Part shown: piece by piece, positions 1 through 12,563 of the stretch | Layout: the number at the start of each line of letters is the position of its first letter | Numbering within the stretch: the stretch's first letter is position 1 | Assembly: GCF_009914755.1 (NCBI RefSeq) | Contig: NC_060931.1 | Strand: one strand, 5' to 3' | Source: the human T2T-CHM13v2.0 reference genome, Homo sapiens | Length of the DNA: 64,000 nt | The notes under the pieces: model-generated | The model's database searches: none | The model's input: the letters and a program-made list of their open reading frames with translations, nothing else | Told to the model about the DNA's origin: nothing | Translations under genes and position numbers: made by a program

Positions 1-334
1 TTCAGTGGGTCTACTTGTGGAATAGGGCTTTTAAAGACAAAATTAAGGTTGAATGGGGTCGTAAGGGTGGGTCTTAATCCAATAGAACTAGTATCTTTAT
101 AAGAAGAAAAAAACTTGAGAACAGACATTACTGTGCACAAAGGAAAGGCCATGTGAGGACAGAGCAAGAAGGCGGCTGTCTGCAAGCCAAGGAGAGAGGC
201 CTTAGCAGGAACCAACCCTGCCAACACCTTGATCTTGGACTTCCAGACTCCAGAACTGGGAGAATATAAATTTCTGTTGTTTAAGCCATCCGGTCTGTGC
301 TATTATCTTACGGCAACTAGAACAGACTAATACA
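1..334 (+). mobile_element. MaLR LTR, MLT1A-like (cut by window edge)
   Basis: GCAAGCCAAGGAGAGAGGCC..CACCTTGATCTTGGACTTCCAG..AAATTTCTGTTGTTTAAGCC and terminal ACTAATACA. Confidence 0.8.
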
Positions 335-429
335 GTTCTTCAGAGCCAACAGGACTCTCAGCTTGAGGGGCACCAAGAACACATGTTTGGGACAGACGTG
401 CTCTTGCACAATGGCAATGGCTCCACTAA

Positions 430-696
<267 letters not shown>

Positions 697-751
697 TGAA
701 CTTAGAAAAGTAACTTAAACTTCTTAGAAACCAAGAACTAAAGAAGTTGCA

Positions 752-1050
752 GGCTGAGTGTGGTGGCTCATGCCTGTAATTTCAGCACTTCAAGAGGCCG
801 AGGTGGGTGGGCCACTTGAGGTCTGGAGTTCGAGAGCAGCCTGGCCAACATGGTGAAACCCTGTCTTGACCAAAAATAAAAAAGTAGCTAGGTGTGGTGA
901 TGTATGCCTGTAATCCCAGCTATTCGGGAGGCTGAGGCAAAATAATCGCTTGAACCTGGGAGGTGGAGGTTGCAGATAGCCATGATTACATAATCACTGC
1001 ACTCCAGCCTGGGTGACAAAGTGAGACTATATCTAAAAAAAAAAAAAAAA
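752..1050 (+). mobile_element. Full-length Alu (S/J-like)
   Basis: Dimeric Alu, poly-A, TSD GAAGTTGCA. Confidence 0.95.
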
Positions 1051-1121
1051 ATGGAAGTTGCAAGGATAGGGTCAGAGGTACGGTTGAAAAAAAAATAACA
1101 GAGGTCATCTGCACCCTGAAA

Positions 1122-1815
1122 CAGTGGTTCTCATTCTTCCAAGCCCTGTCACCTGGAAGACTTGTTAAACGCACATCACTGGGCCCTACCTCCAGAGTTT
1201 CTGATTGAGTAGATCTGAGTTGGGGCCTGAAAATGAGCATTTCTGTTTTTTCAAAAAGAACGTATTTTTTATAGATTCAGGGAGTACATGTGTAGGCTTG
1301 TTCACATGCACATATTGCATGGGGGTGGTGTTTGGGCTTCTGGTGAACCCATCATCCGAATAGTGCACACTGTCCTCAGTAAGTAATTTTTCTTCCCTCT
1401 CCTCCCTCCCAGTCTCCTCCCCTTTGGAGTCTCCAACATGTGTTATTCCCCCCCTGTATGTCCATGTGTATTCATTATTTAGCTCCCACTTATAAGTGAG
1501 AACATACAGTATTTGCTTTTCTGTTTCTGAGTTATTTCACTTAGAATAATGCCCTTCAGCTCCATCCATGTAGCTGCAAATGACAGGATTTCATTCTTTT
1601 TTATGGCTGCATAGTATTCCATGGCATATGTGTACCACATTTTCTTTGCAGAACCCACCACCGATGGACATTTAGGTTGATTCCAGGACTTTGCTATTGT
1701 GAATAGCACGGTGATAAACATGAGTGCAAGTGTCTTTTTGTGAAAACAGGCATTTCTAACAAGTTTCCAGGTGATGCTGAGGTCACAGGTCCTGGGGCCA
1801 CACTTTCAGAACCAC
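1122..1815. mobile_element. MER5A hAT DNA transposon split by an L1
   Basis: CAGTGGTTCTC..GGGGCCTGAAAATGAGCATTTCT resumes as GCATTTCTAACAAGTTTCCAGGTGATGCTG..CACTTTCAGAACCAC. Confidence 0.85.
1245..1740 (-). mobile_element. L1 3' end (L1PB/old L1PA-like)
   Basis: ORF 1479-1721 is a decayed ORF2 C-terminus (WNQPKCPS, MEYYAAIKKNE); GCATTTCT duplicated at 1237-1244 and 1750-1757. Confidence 0.9.
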
Positions 1816-2060
1816 CATGTGGCCTTGGGTCCATAGTCATTTGAAACTTCCATTAAGATGGCCCCAGGCCCAGAATGGGGGAGGGAAAAATGGAGAGCTT
1901 ATGCTGCAGAGCAACATGACAGAGACAGCCCTGAGCCATGGAGAATGGAATGACTCAGTTATCCTGGCAAATTCAGATAAGGCTGCACAGGGAGGGCATA
2001 TACTTGACCTCCTGCAACTGTCCAAGGTTCATTGCCTGATGCACAGCAAGTCAATATACT

Positions 2061-2577
2061 GAGACACTGAATTGCAGCAGAGAAAGACGTTTGATCGTAA
2101 GGCAGACAAACGAGGAAACAGGAGCAAGCCTCAAATCTGTATCCTTGAGGAGTTCTAGCTAGGGATTTCAAAGGGCTTGATGAAGTAATGGGCTGAGGTG
2201 TGGGGATTGTTGATAGGTTGGGGAGTGTATGGTGGAGGAGTACATGGACAGGGAGATGAAGAAGCTGTATTCTCATGCAGATTCTGTTCCTCTGTGGGGG
2301 TTTTTGAACTGGCTGGCATCAGCCATGCTGCTGGAATTCAGGATCTGAAAAACATCTTAAGCAATCCTTAAAGAAAAGCATTCTGATTATAACATCAGAG
2401 ATCAATGGAACAATGGGGATGTAAATGGTCAGTATCCAGTACTAGGTGATTTTTGGTTAGCAAGCAGCTACAAAAAAAGTGGGCCAAAGGACAACCTAAT
2501 TAATGCTTAATTATTATTATATTTCTTTCCAGAACTTGGCATGACTTTCTTGTTAACCCCGAGAAGATGATTTTACT
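2061..2577 (-). mobile_element. ERV1 MER4-group LTR (MER39/MER49-like, subfamily uncertain)
   Basis: TGCAGCAGAGAAAGA..CCTCAAATCTG..GCTGGAATTCAGGATCTGAAAAACATCTTAAG. Confidence 0.6.
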
Positions 2578-2844
2578 CTCTTTTCTGGGGAGGATGGGGT
2601 GAGAGGGCAGTCATCTCAGGACTGTTTACAAGACTGGGGGAACCTGAATCTCCCCCATCCTACTCCATTGTGGGGTCTTCTCAGAAGACTATTTGCTGCT
2701 GGGGCAGAGAGGAAGGAGCTGGAGAGAGGGAAGGCAGAGCTGAGGAAGAGAGGTGACCAGGTGGGTGCTACCTGCATTCCCCTCTTGGGCTTGGCCCGGA
2801 GTTTATGTTGTGTAGAAAGGACATTGCAGAAGTTTTTATTGTGT

Positions 2845-3378
2845 TGTCAGAGGCATTTGAATCAGCAACTCCATCTTGAATAGGGGCCGGGTGAAATAAG
2901 GCTAAGACTTGCTGGGCTGTATTCCCAGTAAATAAAGGTATTCTAAGATACAAGGTGAGATAGGAGGTTGGCACAAGATACAGATCATAAAGACCTTGCT
3001 GATAAAACAGGCTACAGTAAAGAAGCCGGCTAAAACCCACCAAAACCAAGATGGCAACGAGAGTGACCTCTGGTTGTCCTCACTGCTACACTCCCACCAG
3101 CGCCATGACAGTTTACAAATGCCATGGCAACGTCAGGAAGGTACCCCATATGGCCTCAAAAGGGGAGGCATGAATAACAGCATATAATCTTGTTTATGTT
3201 TAGCATATAATCAAGAAATAAAAATGGGCATCTGCCTTTGGAATAACTATTCTTTATTCCTTTACTTTCTTAATAAACTTGCTTTCACTCTGCTCTGTGG
3301 ACTTTCCCTGAATTCTTTCTTGTGCAATATCTAAGAACCATCTCTTGGGGTCTGGATTGGGACCCCTTTCTGGTAACA
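2845..3378 (+). mobile_element. MER41A solo LTR (ERV1)
   Basis: TGTCAGAGGC..CAACTCCATCTTGAATAGGGG..GGACCCCTTTCTGGTAACA; GTGT TSD; lacks MER41B-specific segments. Confidence 0.9.
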
Positions 3379-3379
3379 G

Positions 3380-3921
3380 TGTGAACCTCAAATGTCTGAG
3401 CCAGGTCTCAGTCAATTTAGGAAGTTTATTTTGCCAAAGTGAAGGACATGTGTCCATGACACAACCTCAGGAGGTCCTGATGACATGTGCCCAAGGTGGT
3501 CAGGGCACAGCTTGTTTTTACATGTTTTAGAGAGACATGAGCCCTCAATCAATATATATAAGATATACATTGGTTCTATGTGGAAAGGTGGGATAAATCG
3601 AAGCTAGGAGGGGGCTTCCAGGTCATAGGGTAGGTTAGAGACAAACGTTTGCATTCTTTTGAGTCTCTGATTAGCCTTTCCAAAGGAGGCAAGCAGATAT
3701 GCATTTACCTCAGTGAGCAGAGGAATGATTTTGAGTTCTGTCTATCCTTTTTCCACAAGGAAATTCCTTGTGAGGGAGGTATGTAGCTTTAAAAAAAAAT
3801 TTTAGTAGCTACCTTTATTAGGACTAGAATGGGAAGCAGGTTTGCCCTAAGCAGTTCCTAGCCTTGACTTTTCTTTTCGGCTTAGTGATTTTGGGGTCCC
3901 AAGATTTATTTTCCTTTCACC
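3380..3921 (-). mobile_element. MER4A-type solo LTR (ERV1)
   Basis: GTTTATTTTGCCAA..CCTCAGGAGGTCCTGATGACATGTGCCCAAGG..TTTATTTTCCTTTCAC; ATTG TSD at 2838-2841 and 3922-3925. Confidence 0.85.
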
Positions 3922-4034
3922 ATTGGTAACTAGCCTCCCCCATATACTACCACCACTGGCTCAGTCTGTCTCTGCTGCTTAACAAAATATCTGAGACTGG
4001 GTAATTTACAAGGACTAGAAAATTGATTTCTCAG

Positions 4035-5064
4035 TGATGGTGGAAAAATTTAAATTTTGCCAGAATATGTTTAAGGTGATTTATTCTGAGCCAATGCGAG
4101 TGACTGCAGCCTGGGTTACACAACCTCAAGAGGTCCTGAGAAAGTGTGTCTGAGGCTGTTGACACTGAGGATTACAGTTTGGTTTTATAAACTTTAGGCA
4201 GACAGCAATTGCAGGTAAAAATCATAAATCTATTGAAGAAAGTATACACTCGTTTAGCCTGAAAAAGCAGGACATCTTGAAGGTGGGTCTTACAAGTCAA
4301 AGGTGTGTTTTAGAAATTCTTTTTTTTTAACTTTTCATTTATTTATTATTTATATGTTTTTCATGTAGTTAATAGAGACAGGGTCTCACTATGTTGCCCA
4401 GGCTAGTCTCAAACTCCTGGGCTCAAACAATCCCCTGGCCTCAGCCTCCCAAAGTGCTAGGATTGCAGCCAGGAGGCACTGGGGCCTGCCAGGAAATCTT
4501 TAGTTGACAATTGGTTGAGAGAGTTAAGCTATTGTCTGAAGTCTTGAAATCAGTAGAAAGGAATGCGTGAGTTAAGATAAGGGGGTTGTGAAGATCAAGG
4601 TTCTTATTTTGCAGATGAAGCCTCATAGATAGCAGCCTTCAGATAAATCTCAGGGATGGTAAATGTCAGTTTTCAGACATTAAAGGTTTCAGGCTCTCAG
4701 GTAATCTCTCCTAGATCTGGGAGCATCTTGGGAGGGGAGAGACCCAGCTATATTAATGGAGATTCTCTAAAGATGCAAATTTCTCTCACAAAAGATGGCT
4801 TTCCACGGCTGTTTCAATCTGTTGGCTCTGTGGAAGCCATTTCAAAATATGTCAAAGAAATATATTTTGGGGTAAAATCTTTAGATTTTTCTTAAAGGTC
4901 TGCTGTCATGTTGTGTTTTACTAGAGTCAGGTTGGAAAGTAAGCCACTCACATAGGGTTAATGGAAACCTGTCTGATGAGATTTTATGGTGTGCCAGGCA
5001 TGATTCCCCAGTCCCCTTACATAGGAATCTGGGCAAGAGAGAAAAGATCAACATTTAGTCCTCA
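4035..5064 (-). mobile_element. MER4E-like solo LTR (ERV1)
   Basis: ATTTATTCTGAGCCAA..TTTTGGGGTAAAAT..TTTAGTCCTCA; TSD TCAG/TCAC. Confidence 0.8.
4320..4490 (-). mobile_element. Alu left monomer (FLAM-like) inside the MER4E-like LTR
   Basis: T-rich tail joined directly to left arm; imperfect TSD AGAAATTCTTT/GGAAATCTTT. Confidence 0.8.
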
Positions 5065-5459
5065 TCACAGTTTGGAGGCTGCAGTCCAAGATCAAGATCA
5101 AGGTGCTGGCAGGACTGGTGTCTGAGGAGGACCTGTTGTCTGTTTTCAAGACAGCACCTTGTGCTGCATCCTCTGGAAACAAATGCTGTGTCCTCACATG
5201 GGGAGGGATGCAAGGGCAAAAAGGAATGAACGGCTCCCTTCTACCTCTCTTATAAGATAGTAAATCCCATTTGTGAAGGTGGAGCCCTCATGCTGAATCA
5301 TCTCCTAAAGGCCCCACCTCTTAATACTATCACACTGGGCTTAGGTTCCAAAGTATGAATTTTGGGGGGACACATACATTCAAACCACAACAACTACCAA
5401 AGTGCCAGCTGTGGGGAGAGGTGAACACAGGGATGAGAAGCTGGAGGTGACTCTGGGGT

Positions 5460-6200
5460 GACAGACAGAGGCTGAGAGAGAGAATAGAGAGAGAGGGGAG
5501 AGAAAGAGAGGAGGAGGAGGAGGAGGAGAGAAGTGGGGGAAGGGAGGAAAGGAGAGAGAAAGAGGGAGGAGAAAGAAAGGGGGATGGAAGGAGAGAAGGA
5601 GGGAGAGAAGAAGGGAGTGAGGAAAAGAGAGGGAGGGAAGGAGAAAGAGAAGAAGGGAGAGGGAAGGAGGGGGTGGGGAAGAGAGAGAGAAGGAGGGTGG
5701 AGGGAGGAAGAGAGGGAATGAGAGGGAGGGTGGAGGGACAGATTGGGAAAGGAAAAGGGAGGGATAGAGAGATGGGGAAAGGAGAGAGAAGGAGGAGGAA
5801 AGAGAAAAAGAGAGAGGAAGGGGAGGGAGAGAGAGAAAGAGAGAGGAAGGGGAAGGAAGGGAAAGAGAGAAGGAGGGAGAGAGAAGGGGGTGAGGGAGAC
5901 AGGGAGAAGAAGGGAGGGAGAGACAGGAAAAGGGAGAATGAGAGGGGGTGAGGGAAGGAGAGAAGGAGAGAAAGAGAGGGAGGAGGAAAAGAGAGAGAGG
6001 GAGAGGAAAAGGAGGGAAAGAGAGGGAGAAAGAGGGAGGAGGAAAAGAGAGAGAGGGAGAGGAAAAGGAGGGAAAGAGAGGGAGAAAGAAAGAGAGAAGG
6101 AGGAGGATAGAGATAGAGAGAGGAAGGGGGAGGGGGAAGAGATGAAGAGTGGGGAGAAGGGAGAAAGGGAGGGAGGAGAGAGGGAGGGAGAGAGAGAAAA
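5460..6200 (+). repeat. ~740-bp GA-rich polypurine low-complexity tract
   Basis: Almost only G and A; perfect 56-bp tandem duplication at 5975-6086. Confidence 0.95.
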
Positions 6201-6260
6201 AGGATCCTCAGCAAGGTGGGGACACAGAGGCTCCTTGGGCACAGTTCTCTGCATAGCCAG

Positions 6261-6635
6261 TGTCTTAGTCCCTTTTGCGCTGCTATAACAATACCACAAG
6301 CTAGGTAATTTATAAAAAAATGAAAGTTTATTTGGATCATGGTTCTGGAGGTTGGGAAGTCCAAGACTGAGGGGCTGCACCTGGTGAGGGATTTCTTGCT
6401 ACATCATAACATGGAGGAAAGCATCCACAGTGAAAGAGAATGCACGTGCAAGATGGAAGGCTACACTGGCTTTTATAACAAATCCCCTCTTGTGATAACA
6501 AGCCCACTCCCATGATAACAACATTAACCCATTTATGAAGGCTCTGCCTCTTAACAGTCCCACCTCTTGATACTGTTGTGTTGGGGATTAAGTTCCTAAC
6601 ATACGAACTTTGGAGGACAGGTTCAAACCATAGCA
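6261..6635 (-). mobile_element. MST-family (MSTD-like) MaLR solo LTR
   Basis: TGTCTTAGTCC..TTCAAACCATAGCA with perfect 5-bp TSD GCCAG. Confidence 0.85.
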
Positions 6636-7704
6636 GCCAGAGAGCCAGTAAGGGGAGTGGTGACATTCAAATTAGAGGACAGGGTGTCTGTCCTCCTTCC
6701 CATGCCTCCCCTGACAGCAGGCAGCAAGAGCAATGGAGCAGAGAGAATGGTGGGGGACAAGACACATAGTTGCTAGATCCGGAGCTGGAGATGGGAAGCA
6801 CAGTTCAGGCTTTTGCATAGAATATGAAATTGCAATCCTAAAATGAACAAGACCAAGTCTTATAAACTGAAATGAAGCTCTTTCAGTAACCCAAATAACT
6901 TATAGGATCAAGCTGTCACTAAGGGACTGTGGCATATAAAGGGAGTCACCTGAGCACAGTTATTAGGAAATGAAACCTACCTAACCTGCCCCCATCCAAC
7001 CTCAATTCCCCTAACTATAAAAGAGTGGAGACTTCTTACTGCACTTCCCCCACTCACATTGACCACATTATCTGGGGTCTTGTTTCTGTTGAACCACCCA
7101 AGGTGGGGACTCAGCTCCTCTGAAGCAGATGCACGTGCAGGTTGAAAGATTCCCTAGTCCTGCTCACTGCATTGTTAATCCTTTAATATTCTTCCGTCAC
7201 TGGACAATCCTGGGCTGTCCTGACCATGGAATTCCACTCTTCTAGAATCCGGTCCACTTTTTAAAATCCCTTAACATTAAAATCAGTTATGCAGTCTACC
7301 TACTATTAAATGCAAGAACTTGTGTTTTCCTGAGAAAATGAAATTTGCAGTATCCATGGGAACGATTATCATCAAATACTTAAATGGCTTTACAAAAAGA
7401 AAATGTCACCAAACATGTACATAGAAGCAAGCACAGTATTAAATTAGCTAACAAGTGGGCTTTGGCTTCAAGTAGATCCAACAAGACATTCACTCAGCAG
7501 TAACACTATCTAGATGGCTTTACTAATCAGAAGTTTTATTTCAGTCCTCAACTGTTTTCTGGGCAAGGCCGAAATGATATAAAAGCACATTCACATGAAA
7601 GTTTATTCCATAAAGCAATTATTAGGAGCTATCTTGGTGTGCAACCAAATTTATTTCTTGTTTTACACTTGTAAATAAAATTACTGGGGGACAATTATTA
7701 TGGT

Positions 7705-7890
7705 GTGGAAAGAACAGTCTCCTTGGGTGGAGACCTGAGCTCTGGTCTTCATTCTGAATTGAGACATGATTGTGGCCAATGTCTACCTAACCCACCCCCA
7801 TCCAACTTCAATTCCCCTAACTATAAAATAAGGGGAATGGAGCAGGTGGTCTTTAAGGCATCTTTTCATACAACATTCTATAATTTTAAG
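7705..7890 (+). mobile_element. MIR SINE relic
   Basis: GACCTGAGCTCTGG..TTCAATTCCCCTAACTATAAAATAAGGGGAATGG..ATTCTATAATT. Confidence 0.65.
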
Positions 7891-8006
7891 ATGCCAGGTA
7901 CAAGGTTAAAAATGATAAATAACCTCTTGGAGAATTGGCTTATTCTAGGACCACGCATGAAACATAAAAGTTGAGTCTGGGGCATCTTATAGTATCAGAA
8001 AGTAAG

Positions 8007-8519
8007 TGATAGTGACAGGAGGCAGCCAAATGCCTAGGCAAACAGGGGTGGGTCCCCAGTGAAACCCCAAATTCAAGCCAAAAACAGCCTGAAGGCTGAA
8101 ATACTGGGCTGCTAGTCCTGGATGAAATCCAAAACCCAGAGTGAAAACTTCTTTTCCTGTTTGCCTGCATCTCCCCTATTCTGAGCCCATAAAAAGCCCT
8201 AGGGCTCAGCCACATGGAAGGGACTTTCCTGTCTTTGGGTAGGGGAACCACCACTGTGTCCCCTCTCTGCTGAAAGCTGTTTTCATCACTCAATAAAACT
8301 CACTGCCTTGTTCACTCTTCAATTGTCAGCACATCCTCATTTTTCTTGGGCATGGGACAAGCACTCGGGGACTGGTACACAAACCAGACTAAGCCAGGAT
8401 GGGCCAAGTAGGGTGGCCATCTCCTGCAGCAGATAGCATGGCCGAGTGAGGCCCAAGCCAGGTGTCACCGGCTGGAAGTCCCCAGCTTGCAAAATTACTG
8501 AGAAGAAAATCCTGCATCA
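8007..8519 (+). mobile_element. ERV1 solo LTR (LTR27/LTR28/LTR9-related, subfamily uncertain)
   Basis: TG..CA termini, perfect TAAG TSD (8003-8006, 8520-8523), AATAAA at 8292. Confidence 0.8.
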
Positions 8520-9119
8520 TAAGGAAGTACTAAAACCAAACAAACACAAAATCCATAATAATGGGGTTTGTCAAAGGAACACAAGAGCTGCTGAAAGAAC
8601 TCCCAATCAATATCTCAGAACTTAGAAATGTACCTTACCTATTCAATTTCCCCTTCCCTCCAGCTCCTGACAGCCATCATAATTTGGAGATGATTTTGCC
8701 CAGTTTTAAAGACACGCACAAAATCATTCATTTTTATGCCTGATAAATCTCTACTTTCCCTGAGGACACGAATGCTACTTGCTCTCATTCCAACCCCCTA
8801 AAGCTGAAACAGTGCTTCACTCAGCCAACGTTAAGGGCTTGATGCATTCTGGTTCCAGTCTGGGGAGGTGGGAGGATGGAGAGAAGAATAAAACTCTGAG
8901 AAAGGAAGAAAAAAGCTGCAGAGATTGAGATAATGGGCTGGAGTTAGAGATGACCACTGCTACAATTGAGGCATTTATTGGAGGTTGGTTTAGTAGTCAA
9001 TGTTTTGGTCAGCACCTCCACAATTTTTTTTTTTATTTTTTAAGAGAAAGGGTCTCACTCTGTAACAATCATAGCTCCCTGCAGCTTTGAACTTCTGGAT
9101 TCAAGTGATCCTCCCACTT

Positions 9120-10131
<1,012 letters not shown>

Positions 10132-10146
10132 ACCTCAGCCTCCTGA

Positions 10147-10502
<356 letters not shown>

Positions 10503-10969
10503 TATTTTTTATTTTGTAGAGATGGGGTCTTGCTGTGTTGCCCAGGCTGGTTTCAAACTCCTGGCCTCAAGCAATCCTCCCACCTTGGCCTCCCAAAGGG
10601 CTGAGATTATGTGCACCTCCACAATTCTATAACAAGGAAACCCCTCTGGAGTCAACCTGAGCTTCAGCTGAGGAAGCCGCTAAGCACTGGGAAGTCTGGG
10701 GTCCTGCCCGAAAAATGAGTTTGGGTGCTGAGGGGAGTGTCTGAGCCACCTCCCTTCTCTCCCTTGGCTAGCACAGTCAATCCACTGCCATCCTGGCCTG
10801 GGCTCTTCTCTGCCTGCTGCAGGAGTTGGCAGGTGCAGAGGTTGGCCCAGAGTAGCCCAGCCCGTGAACCTCAGGGGATAGGGGCAGCCCCCAACTCCCA
10901 AAAGCCAACTGGACTGTCCAGTTGAGAGAACCTGAGCTGCAAGGTCCTGGCATGTCTTGGAGATAAAAA

Positions 10970-11603
10970 TGAAGCAGCATCGTTGTCTGGGGTAATACCT
11001 GAGGTTTGTCTTCTCACGCCAAGGAAATCGAGTGCACGGATACAAGAAGTGAGTTTAGGAGCAGAGGTTTATAGGCAAAAGAAAGATAAAGGAGAATGGC
11101 TGTGTCTCTTGCGAGAGAGAGAGGCACCTGAATGGGGCTTCCGTCCTGCGGCAGCGTGCACTGGATTTTATAGACAGGCTTGAGGAGGTGATGTCTGATT
11201 TACATAGGGCCCACAGATTGGTTGGACCAGGTGTGACGTTTACATAGTGCGGGGAAGCTGGTCGCCCCACCCTAATCTTATTATGCAAATGGAGTCTTTG
11301 CCTGGCTGGCTCCATGTTGTCTTCTCCTTACCATACACATGGTTCGGCAAAGAGAAGAGAAGATGAGCGGCCATTTTGAACATGCCTAGTCCCAGGTAGC
11401 CTTTTCCTATTGGCACAGCTACCAGCATTCACCGGTGCAAGCTTGTAGCTTGCTTGTCTCTGTCTGCAGCTTGATTTTACAGGCTGTTTTTTGTTAGAAA
11501 AGAAAATGATTTGGGGCCTGCTTTTCATTAAAAGGAAAACCTTACCGAGGACTTCTTTGCCTTCACTATCTGCCTAAATAATTTCTTCTTAACTCCTATA
11601 TCA
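10970..11603 (-). mobile_element. PABL-type ERV1 solo LTR
   Basis: Reverse strand reads TGATATAGGAGTTAAGAAGAAATT..CCCCAGACAACGATGCTGCTTCA; AAAA TSD. Confidence 0.75.
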
Positions 11604-12268
11604 AAAACATGGTGCCAAGAGCCACGGTGGCCACTGGTCCATGAGAAGAGAGAGGAAGAGGGTGGCATTTCTACACTCTGTTGCCTCTGTGACCTTGTCC
11701 TTATAAGTTGAGGGTCACAAGTCAGCCTTCTCTTTGGTTTGGTTCATTGGTCCAGAGGGGACAAAACAGATGTCTGGGACCTTCAGGTTAGTTGCAGAGA
11801 AGAGCTCCCAGGCTCTGTCAGTGACACTTTTTGGGGTGCAGCTATCAGGTGGCCCTGCCAGAATCTGCCTGTTCTGAATATACCCCAGTGACTTCTGGCC
11901 TCTTCTCTGTCCCGAAGTCCACGGAAGTGGCTGGGACCAGTTGGGGATTTCTAATTCCAGTTTCTGCCTTGGGAATGAAGAGGAATGTTTCCAGCTGAGT
12001 TTAAACACATTAATTCCCAAATTGAGTTTGGCTCTCATGCTATTTAAAAACCCTATTTGGTAAGCACTTCACAGAGCAATAGCTCTGAAAGAGAAAGATT
12101 ACTTTCCATTAGCCTGGCTCAGTAGCATGCATTGTTATTCACAAGGCAGTCAAAGAGAATTTAAGTGGAATGTGGGTTTCAAAGTCCAGGTGAGAGGCAG
12201 TCTTCCAGAAGTCTGGGCTCTTCCACTGCTAGGGAAGAGAGGACCTGGTGGATGCTGGCTCACTTTTG

Positions 12269-12563
12269 TTTTTGCTTTGTTTTCTGAGACAGAGTCTCAC
12301 TCTGTTGCCCAGGTTGGAGGGCTCCATCATGGTGTACTTCAGCCTCGACCTCCCGGGCTGAAGCTATCCTGCCACCTCAGCCTTCCAAGTAGCTGGTACT
12401 ACAGGTATGAGCCACCACACCCAGCTACTTTTTATGATTTTTTTCTAGAAACGGAGTTTTGCCATGTTGTCCAGTCTGGTCTCAAACTCCTGAGCTCAAG
12501 CCATCTGCCCGTCTCGGCCTCCCAAAGTGTGAGGATTACAGGCATGAGCCGCTGTGCATGGCC
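12269..12563 (-). mobile_element. AluJ
   Basis: 14-bp TSD CTGGCTCACTTTTG. Confidence 0.95.

Larger units (their letters stand above)
3955..5392 (-). mobile_element. MaLR LTR (MST/MLT1A-like) split by a MER4E-type LTR
   Basis: GACTGGGTAATTTA..ATTTCTCA resumes TCACAGTTTGGAGGCTG..GGCCCCACCTCTTAATACTATCACACTGG..TTCAAACCACAACA. Confidence 0.75.

Noticed and set aside
5330-6380. 344-aa and 328-aa minus-strand ORFs and overlapping plus-strand ORFs
   Set aside because: S/P/L/F or E/R/G/K strings produced by a stop-poor GA tract; ends run into MaLR LTRs
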